64,000 bases of DNA from Sumerlaeia bacterium (lineage in GTDB: Bacteria > Sumerlaeota > Sumerlaeia > SLMS01 > JAHLLQ01): contig JAVJSW010000001.1 of assembly GCA_040219255.1 (NCBI GenBank), forward strand, positions 32,001-96,000, in the 5' to 3' direction. Positions 57,168-64,000 of this stretch are shown here, piece after piece (the stretch's first letter is position 1; each line of letters begins with the position of its first letter). Both the position numbers and the translations under genes were made by a program. A model generated the notes under the pieces. It was given only the letters and a program-made list of their open reading frames with translations. It had not been told where the DNA came from and made no database searches.

Positions 57168-59204
57168 ATGAAGCCACTCGATCAAAAGCTTATCAACCGG
57201 CTCCGTAAGATGGGGGCTCTGGACGGCGAACAGTCGGACCTGGTGACTCGGCGTACCGAGGAATCGGGCCTGCCCGCGCAAACGGTCCTCGATGCCCTGG
57301 GGATCGTCGAACCGAAAATCGTGGCGCGCCAGGTCGCGCGCCTCAGCGGACTCGAGTTTCTGGACTTGGACGCTTTCGAACCGGCCCCCGAAGTTCTGCG
57401 CCAACTCCCCACGGAGCTGGTACAGCGTTACGCCGTGCTGCCCGTCGGCGAAGTCGGCGGTGATTTGATCCTCGCCGTCTCCGACGCCACCAATGTCCTC
57501 AAGATCGACGAGTTGAAGGCCCTGACGGGTCGCACCCTGCGGGTCGTGCTGGCGACGGAGAAGTCGATCCGGCGGGCCCTGGCGCTCTATTACAGCGTCA
57601 CTCCGGCGGAGGAGGCGTTGTCCTCGCGCCGCAGCCGGACGCCCCAGCCGGAGTTCCGTTCCGAAGAACGCGAGCTCACCACGCGCGGCCGAGATATTCA
57701 CGAGGTCGCCACCGTTTTCGACGCCACGCCCGCACCGGCGCCAGGCAAAGCCGCCGGGCCCGAGCGGCCGCCCGAAGCACCCGAAGCGCCCCAGGCTGGC
57801 ACCTCGGCCAGCGAGTCCAGTTCGGACAGCGAGACCGAAGACATCAGCTTTCACGACCTGGAAACGCGCATCGATATGGGGTCGAAGGAGACGCGCCTGG
57901 ACATGCCGGGCAGCTTGCCGCCGGACGCCATTCCCGTGGCCGGGTCCGCAAATTCCGCCTCCACCGAACTGCTTTCCGTCGGCGACGCCCAGACCTTTCT
58001 GGACCCCGCCGCACAATCGACCCGCATCGCCTCGCCGGAGAAGACCAGCCACAAGAACGGCTGGATTCGCCTCGCCATCGAGAACGACTCCGACCTCGAA
58101 GTCCTCAAGACGGTGGAAAAGGTTCTGGAAGAGGCTTTGGAATTCGGCGCCGAGGAAATCGAGCTGGCGCCGCCTACCGGCCCCGACGTCATCGTCCGCG
58201 CCCGCAAAGCCACCTCGTGGATCGATCTGCACAGCTACAATCCCCGCCTTCACGAGCCCGTGGTGGCGCATCTCCGCAAGATGTCGGGCTTACCAGCCGC
58301 CGAGCGGGAAAGCCACGACCTCCTCATCGAGCGGCGCTTCGACCTCTCGACGCGCCGCGGAGAAGTGCCTGTCGTCGCCCACTTCGCCACCACCGTCCGG
58401 GGCTCGCGGTGCCTGCTCCGTCTGCCGGAAAACACGCCGCTGCTTCAACGCCCGCTGCGCATCCTCGGCACCGACAACGATTTGCAGAAACGCATCGGCG
58501 AACGACTGGACAGTGGCGCCGGCGGAGCGATTTTCTTCTCCGCCACCACCCAGCGCATGGCCGCCCAGCTCTTTTCCTCGCTTCTGCACGAACAAGCCTC
58601 GCGCGGGCGGTCGGTCATCGCGCTCGAAATGGGCGAGAGCCGCACCATTCCCAACGTGTCGCAGATCTCCTGTGAAGACGCTCCCGCGCTGCTCGACAAC
58701 CTGCATCACGCCAGCAAGGAAAACCCCGATGTACTCGGCGTTTCCTCCATCCCCGACGTGAAGACGATGCGCGAGGTCCTGAACCTGGCGCTCCAAGGCC
58801 AGACCATCGTGGGCGCTTTCAGCGCGCCCGACGCGTCCTCGGGCATGGCGATCTACGAGGCCGCCGGTCTCGACCCGCTCGAACTCTTCCGCGGCATCGT
58901 CGCCCACATTCACGCCAGCCAGGTGCCGCGCCTGTGCAGCCGCTGCCGCGCGGAAATGGAAGATCCCGCCGGCGTCTTCGTTTCGCCCTGGGCCGAGGCC
59001 TTCAAGGACCTGCCCCTCTACGAAGCGAAAGGCTGTCCCGACTGTCGCAATACCGGCCGCAAGGGCAGCAATTGGGTGGCCGAAGCGTTCGTGCCCCGCT
59101 CGGAACCGGAAGGCGAGCGCTTCCGCCAGGTCCGCCACCGCGAAACGGCCCTGCGCCAGCTCGTGCGCGAGGCTTGGCTCGACCCGCGCGACATCCGCTC
59201 GTAG
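57168..59204 (+). CDS. GspE/PilB-family protein with degenerate ATPase motifs
   Basis: T2SSE_N-like N-terminus, LRKMSGL...ER, RLCxxC...GCxxC..TG.KG zinc motif; Walker A and B not conserved. Confidence 0.85.
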   Translation: MKPLDQKLINRLRKMGALDGEQSDLVTRRTEESGLPAQTVLDALGIVEPKIVARQVARLSGLEFLDLDAFEPAPEVLRQLPTELVQRYAVLPVGEVGGDLILAVSDATNVLKIDELKALTGRTLRVVLATEKSIRRALALYYSVTPAEEALSSRRSRTPQPEFRSEERELTTRGRDIHEVATVFDATPAPAPGKAAGPERPPEAPEAPQAGTSASESSSDSETEDISFHDLETRIDMGSKETRLDMPGSLPPDAIPVAGSANSASTELLSVGDAQTFLDPAAQSTRIASPEKTSHKNGWIRLAIENDSDLEVLKTVEKVLEEALEFGAEEIELAPPTGPDVIVRARKATSWIDLHSYNPRLHEPVVAHLRKMSGLPAAERESHDLLIERRFDLSTRRGEVPVVAHFATTVRGSRCLLRLPENTPLLQRPLRILGTDNDLQKRIGERLDSGAGGAIFFSATTQRMAAQLFSSLLHEQASRGRSVIALEMGESRTIPNVSQISCEDAPALLDNLHHASKENPDVLGVSSIPDVKTMREVLNLALQGQTIVGAFSAPDASSGMAIYEAAGLDPLELFRGIVAHIHASQVPRLCSRCRAEMEDPAGVFVSPWAEAFKDLPLYEAKGCPDCRNTGRKGSNWVAEAFVPRSEPEGERFRQVRHRETALRQLVREAWLDPRDIRS

Positions 59205-59248
59205 GCCCGCCTTCAGGCGGAAAGTTGAGCAGTGAAAGTTGAGCAGTG
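59201..59248 (+). repeat. GTAG-type REP-like palindrome plus 14-bp tandem repeat
   Basis: GTAG-gc-ccgcct-tc-aggcgg overlapping the TAG stop, then (gaaagttgagcagt)x2. Confidence 0.6.
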
Positions 59249-59296
59249 CGTGTTCTCCCCCACCAGCCACTCTTCGGCCCATTCTCTGCAAGAACG

Positions 59297-59336
59297 AAAA
59301 ACCCCCGGCCGCGACCTTGTGGTCCGCGGGCGGGGG
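59297..59336 (-). terminator. Probable terminator of the pdh operon
   Basis: Imperfect GC stem (ccccc.gccgcg-acc/ggt-cgcgg.ggggg) followed by T5 on the minus strand. Confidence 0.6.
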
Positions 59337-59383
59337 CTGGGGATTATTGCTCGGACTTCTTCGCCGGGCGGCGGGGCCTTGAA

Positions 59384-60715
59384 CTACACCAACATCAGGA
59401 ACGGATCGTCGAGCGCCGCCTTGAGGTCCTTGAGATAAGCCGCCGCGACGGCCCCATCGACGACCCGGTGGTCCGACGACAGGGTCATGTTGAAGACCTT
59501 GCCGACGTCCAGGCCACCATTGCGGACGACGGGCTTTTCGAGCACCGCGCCAACCGCCAGAATGCTGGTCTCCGGCGGGTTGATGATGGCATCGAAGTGA
59601 TCGATGCCGAACATGCCGAGATTGCTGATGGTCTGAACGCCGCCGGACATTTCGGCCGGCTTCAGGCCCTTGTCGCGCGCTTTGCCGGCCAGTTCCTTCA
59701 GGTCCTGTGAAATCTGCACGACGCCCTTGCGGTCGGCGTCGCGGATCACTGGCGTGACCAGACCTTCGGGCAGCGCCACGGCGCAGGAAATGTGCACCGC
59801 GTCCTTGCGGACCATCGTGTTGTTGGCTTCGTCCCATTGGGTGCGCAGCCACGGATGGCGGCGCAGGGTATTCGCCATGGCCTTGATGATGAAGTGGGTC
59901 ACCGTGACCTTCTCGTCGGTCAGGTCGCGCACCTTCTTGACGGCGGCGAGAACGTTAGCGGCGTCCACCTCCACCGTAAGGCTGAAGGACGGCACCTGCT
60001 GGCGGCTCTGGACGAGGCGCTTGGCGATGACGCTGCGCATGCCGGAGACGGCGAGTTCTTCGTCGCCGCTGGCCGATTCCACCGCGACGGGCTTGCTCTT
60101 GACCGGGCTGGCGACGTCTTTGCCTTCGGCGGCGCCATAGCCGCCGGGGGCCGCGGCCGGGGAGGCCTTGCCGGTGCCGGACTGGAGAGCCTTCTCGATG
60201 TCGCGCTTCACGACGCGGCCGCGGGGGCCCGAGCCTTCGATCTGCTTCAGGTCCAGATCGTTGTCCGACGCCATCTTACGCGCGAGCGGGCTGGCCATGA
60301 CGGAGCCATTGGAGGCCGCCGCCGGAGCGGACTTTTCTTCCTTGGGGGGAGCCGGTGCCTTGGCCACAGCCTGCGCCGGCTGCGCCTTGGCGGCCGGTTT
60401 GTCTTCCGGAGCCGCTTCCTTCTTCTCTTCCTTCTTGGCCGCCGCACCGCCGGAGGAAGCCGACGACACGTCTTCGCCGGCCTCGCCCACAAGGGCGATT
60501 TCATCGCCAACGCTGGCTTTATCGCCTTCCTTCACCGACAGCTTCAGCACGGTGCCGTCTTCAAAGGCTTCCTGTTCCATGACAGCTTTGTCGGTTTCGA
60601 TTTCGGCCAGGATATCCCCGGCGGAGATCGAATCGCCCTCCTTCACGAGCCACCGCACGATCGTGCCTTCGCTCATGGTGGGCGACAATTGGAGCAGAGT
60701 CACTGGTGTTGCCAT
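59384..60715 (-). CDS. pdhC: Pyruvate dehydrogenase E2, dihydrolipoamide acetyltransferase
   Basis: Lipoyl EIETDKA, E3-binding ASPLAR...GSGPRGR, catalytic DHRVVDG. Confidence 0.96.
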   Translation of the reverse strand: MATPVTLLQLSPTMSEGTIVRWLVKEGDSISAGDILAEIETDKAVMEQEAFEDGTVLKLSVKEGDKASVGDEIALVGEAGEDVSSASSGGAAAKKEEKKEAAPEDKPAAKAQPAQAVAKAPAPPKEEKSAPAAASNGSVMASPLARKMASDNDLDLKQIEGSGPRGRVVKRDIEKALQSGTGKASPAAAPGGYGAAEGKDVASPVKSKPVAVESASGDEELAVSGMRSVIAKRLVQSRQQVPSFSLTVEVDAANVLAAVKKVRDLTDEKVTVTHFIIKAMANTLRRHPWLRTQWDEANNTMVRKDAVHISCAVALPEGLVTPVIRDADRKGVVQISQDLKELAGKARDKGLKPAEMSGGVQTISNLGMFGIDHFDAIINPPETSILAVGAVLEKPVVRNGGLDVGKVFNMTLSSDHRVVDGAVAAAYLKDLKAALDDPFLMLV

Positions 60716-60775
60716 AAGGGTCCCATTCCGTTTTCTACATAGGGGGTCGAGCGTATCGGGTTGATGGAGCAGCGC

Positions 60776-61765
60776 TTAGCTGATGTAGGACACTTGCTTG
60801 ACGGCCTCCACGACGTCCACCGGGCGAGGAAGAGAAATCTCCTCGAGGTTGAACGCGTAGCTCAGTGGCACGTCCTTCTGATATACCCGGGCGATTTCCG
60901 CGTCCAGGTAATCGAAGCAGCGCGCGTACATTTCGCTCGCGATCCACGCGCCAACGCTCGCCTTGGGCCAGCTTTCCTCCACCACGACGCAGCGACCGGT
61001 CTTCTTGACCGAGTTCGTCAGCGTCTCGAAGTCCAGCGGCGACAGGCTCCAGCAGTCGATGATTTCGCAACTGACGCCGAATTCGCCCTCCAGGATTTCC
61101 ACCGCCGGCTCGACCACATGCGTCAACATCCGGCTCCACGTGATGATCGTCACGTCGGTGCCTTCCTTGTGGACGTTGGCCTTGCCGATGGGCAGGACGT
61201 AGTCGGGGTCTTCGTTCACCTCGCCACGCGAATTGTAGAGCTTCTCCGACTCGATAAAGATCACCGGGTCGGGGTCACGGATGGCGGCTTTCAAAAGCGC
61301 CTTCGCGTTGTCCGGCGTGGAAGGCATGACGACCTTGATGCCCGGAATGTGAACGTATTGCTGTTCGAGCGACTGGCTGTGCTGGCTGCCGAGGCTGCCG
61401 CCGGCGCCGCCCGGCCCGCGCAGAACCATGGGCACTTCGATCTGGCCGCCGGACATCTGCCGCAGCTTGGCCGCGTTGTTGATGATCTGGTCGAGGGCCA
61501 GGATCGCGAAGTTGAAGGTCATCACTTCGATCACGGGGCGCATGCCGACGTGGGCGGCACCGATGCCGAGACCCACGAAGCCCGCTTCCGTGATCGGTGC
61601 GTCGACGACGCGCTTCTCGCCGAATTTTTCCAGGAGACCCTGGGACACCTTGTAGGCGCCCTGGTACTGGGCCACTTCCTCGCCCATGAGGAAAATCTGA
61701 TCGTCGCGCTCCATCTCCTGGGCCAAGGCCAAGCCGAGCGCTTCGCGGAAAGTCATTTCTGCCAT
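60776..61765 (-). CDS. pdhB: Pyruvate dehydrogenase E1 beta subunit
   Basis: MGEEV..YQGAYKVS, DAPITE and QHSQ motifs. Confidence 0.96.
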   Translation of the reverse strand: MAEMTFREALGLALAQEMERDDQIFLMGEEVAQYQGAYKVSQGLLEKFGEKRVVDAPITEAGFVGLGIGAAHVGMRPVIEVMTFNFAILALDQIINNAAKLRQMSGGQIEVPMVLRGPGGAGGSLGSQHSQSLEQQYVHIPGIKVVMPSTPDNAKALLKAAIRDPDPVIFIESEKLYNSRGEVNEDPDYVLPIGKANVHKEGTDVTIITWSRMLTHVVEPAVEILEGEFGVSCEIIDCWSLSPLDFETLTNSVKKTGRCVVVEESWPKASVGAWIASEMYARCFDYLDAEIARVYQKDVPLSYAFNLEEISLPRPVDVVEAVKQVSYIS

Positions 61766-61825
61766 GTTGTTCTCATGTACTCCGTCTGGAAGGTCGCAAA
61801 CTGGGAAAAGGGGACTCGCCGGCTC

Positions 61826-62923
61826 TTAGCGGAATTCGCCGTCGGGGCCGATGTAGCCAGGGTAGTCGATGTAAACGTCGCTCCAGATTTCCCGATCGTT
61901 GGGGAACGGCGAGTCCTCCGCGAACTTGATCGCGTCCATCACTTCCTCTTTGATTTCCTTCTCCAACGCCTCGACCTTTTCCTCGGGGAACAGATCGGGG
62001 TATTGGGCTTCCAGACGCTTCATCGGGTCGCGAAGCTGCCACTGCGACACTTCGTCCTTGGTCCGGTAGGTCTTCGCCGGGTCGGACATCGAGTGTCCGC
62101 GATACCGATAGCACACAGCGTTGATAAAGGTCGGGCGCCCTTCTTCGATCGCGATGGTGCGCGCTTCGTCGATGGCGGCGTACATCTCCAGCACGTCCAT
62201 GCCATCAACCTTCACGCCGCGAATGCGGTACGCGCCCGGCGTGCGCAGGTGCAGCTCGGGCTCGGCACTGGCGCGATGCACCGCCGTGCCCATGCCATAC
62301 AGGTTGTTCTCGACGATGTAGATCACCGGCAGGTTCCACAACGACGCCATGTTGAGGCTCTCGTGGAAGACGCCCTGGTTCATGGCCGCTTCGCCCATGA
62401 AACAAACCGCAACGGCCTTTTCCTTGTTGTACATCAGCTTCCAGCCCACACCGGTGGCCAGCGGCACATGGCCGCCGACGATGCCGTTGCCGCCCATCAT
62501 TCCGTGGCTGACCTTGAACATGTGCATCGAACCACCCTTGCCTTTGGAGCAACCGGTGGCTTTGCCGAACAATTCGGCCATCACTTCCCGCGAGGAGCAG
62601 CCTCGGATCAAAGCCTGGCCGTGATCGCGGTACGTCTGGAAAATGTAATCTTTCTCGCCAAGAGCGGCGACCGTGCCGACACCGACGGCTTCCTGACCGA
62701 TGTACAGGTGGCAGAAGCCTTTGATCTTGCCCATCTGGTACTGCTGGGCGCACCGCTCCTCGAAGCGGCGGATCAGGAGCATCTGACGGTACATTTCCAT
62801 CAGCTTCTCCGCGGGGAGATCGACTCGGGGCTTGGGGATTGCGGACTGGGAGTCCGACACTTCGGACGAAGACGGGCTTTTGGCGTTCTTCGCCTTATCC
62901 TCTGCTTGTGCGCTCGTGGCCAT
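61826..62923 (-). CDS. pdhA: Pyruvate dehydrogenase E1 alpha subunit
   Basis: GFCHLYIGQEA, YRDH, GGSMH, GEAA...NN and RYRGHSMSDP motifs. ATG at 62923 with AAGGA RBS. Confidence 0.96.
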   Translation of the reverse strand: MATSAQAEDKAKNAKSPSSSEVSDSQSAIPKPRVDLPAEKLMEMYRQMLLIRRFEERCAQQYQMGKIKGFCHLYIGQEAVGVGTVAALGEKDYIFQTYRDHGQALIRGCSSREVMAELFGKATGCSKGKGGSMHMFKVSHGMMGGNGIVGGHVPLATGVGWKLMYNKEKAVAVCFMGEAAMNQGVFHESLNMASLWNLPVIYIVENNLYGMGTAVHRASAEPELHLRTPGAYRIRGVKVDGMDVLEMYAAIDEARTIAIEEGRPTFINAVCYRYRGHSMSDPAKTYRTKDEVSQWQLRDPMKRLEAQYPDLFPEEKVEALEKEIKEEVMDAIKFAEDSPFPNDREIWSDVYIDYPGYIGPDGEFR

Positions 62924-63311
62924 AGGCATCCTTTCGAATTCCGGACAGGCCGCGCTGGGCGGCCCGCGACACAGGTCCGGCAAAATGAGAACGTGTCATC
63001 AAAAAGGCGGGATCATTGCGCAAAGCCAGATGGGCCTGCGACCGCCCCCGCGGGCCGCCAGAGCAAGAGTCGTGCAGACCACCCCGGCATCCAGCGGCGC
63101 ACTTTCGCACAATCCAACGGCCCACGATACGGGCCACCCGATCGCGCGAAAGAACCAGGGGAATTTACGGATCGCTCAAAACGCAACGCAACCGCGAAAT
63201 GCGTCCGCGGGCGCGAAGGTGTGTGGAAAGGCTTTTTCGGAAACAGAGGGAAAGCGTCGTCGCGTCGCTTGCCGAAGGGTCCAAAGTCCGACGGCGGGCG
63301 CGGGGGGACGC

Positions 63312-63354
63312 AAAGAAAAAGCCCCGCCGCACCTCGGATGGGCGGCAGGGCTTT
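63312..63354 (-). terminator. Probable terminator after the secretin gene
   Basis: aaagccc.gccgc / gcggc.gggcttt stem with an A-rich flank (U-tract on the minus strand). Confidence 0.65.
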
Positions 63355-63408
63355 GGATTGCTCGGAATCCGCAGGCGTTGGGAAACCCGCGAAACGACCT
63401 ATGTGGAT

Positions 63409-64000
63409 TTACATCGGGAAGTCGGAGCCGGCTTCGGGAGCCGGATCGAAGGGGGCGGAGTCGCTGGTCTTCAACGTCGGCTTGATGACGATGGTGACCT
63501 TGGTGGTGGTGGTGTCGAAGACGGTTTCGCTGAAGAGCGGGTTGATGATCGGGATGTCTTTGAGGATCGGAATGCCGGTGCGGCTCTCGACCGAGTTCTG
63601 CTTGTCCAGGCCGCCGATGACGAGGGTTTCGCCGTTGCGGATGTTGGCCACGGTGGAGAGATCGCGGCTCGCGATGATCGGAATGTCGGCTTCCTTGCTG
63701 AAGCCTACGAGGCTGTTCACGACGACGTCGATGTCGAGGGTCATGCTTTCGGTGCCGATGAAGGAGAGCAGTTCGACCTTCACGCCTTCGAAGGCGTCGT
63801 CGACCACTTCGTTGAACTCGTTGAGGGAGTTGGTGGCGCCGATGTCGGGCTGCCAGACGGAGTAGGGAATGGCGCGGGTGGAGGAGATAACGGCTTTGTC
63901 GCCAGTGGCGGTGCCGCGGAGACCGCCGGCGAGGCCGCCGGGGACGTCTTCGCTGTTGACCATCGTGATCCGGGTCTTGGTGAGCACCTTGCTGTCGCCG
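63409..64000 (-). CDS. Secretin (type II/III secretion or type IV pilus) C-terminal part, 5'-truncated
   Basis: GV.V...., R...T...I.NGETLVIGGL, GIPILKDIP...LF and I.I.P motifs; runs off the window end. Confidence 0.88.
   Translation of the reverse strand, partial: GDSKVLTKTRITMVNSEDVPGGLAGGLRGTATGDKAVISSTRAIPYSVWQPDIGATNSLNEFNEVVDDAFEGVKVELLSFIGTESMTLDIDVVVNSLVGFSKEADIPIIASRDLSTVANIRNGETLVIGGLDKQNSVESRTGIPILKDIPIINPLFSETVFDTTTTKVTIVIKPTLKTSDSAPFDPAPEAGSDFPM

Noticed and set aside
59384-62923. pdh operon lacking lpdA (E3)
   Set aside because: E3 is commonly shared and encoded elsewhere.

Overview
High-GC bacterial chromosomal window with about 41 protein-coding genes. I found no rRNA, tRNA, CRISPR array or intact transposase/integrase. 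The prepilin type and the C-terminal tags on secreted proteins suggest Ca. Sumerlaeota/BRC1 or a related lineage (inference). Housekeeping genes: argF, ilvB with a classical leader-peptide attenuator, pdhABC, pgsA, yajQ, leucyl aminopeptidase, dps, a DEAD-box helicase, a cysteine desulfurase and a pfkB-family kinase. Envelope and accessory genes: two FG-GAP proteins, three GT-C-type membrane proteins, a pilin-like protein, a partial secretin and an S-layer-like protein. Best candidates for uncharacterised biology: (1) a YqiJ/NfeD-flotillin-(AT-rich 2-TM insert)-giant AAA+ ATPase operon whose ATPase ends in three helical repeats and a fused YjfI/CesT-like domain; (2) a symporter-like transporter fused to an enediyne-type hotdog thioesterase; (3) a GspE/PilB pseudo-ATPase; (4) an archaeal/Chloroflexi-type DUF2298 + Agl23-like glycosylation pair; (5) a degenerate STAS / pseudo-REC-PP2C / methyltransferase operon. 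Smaller signals: a sigma-54 promoter before dps, a 4-bp-duplication frameshift, REP-like and dispersed repeats, and a structured leader before the helicase. All family calls are by-eye motif recognition, not database searches.
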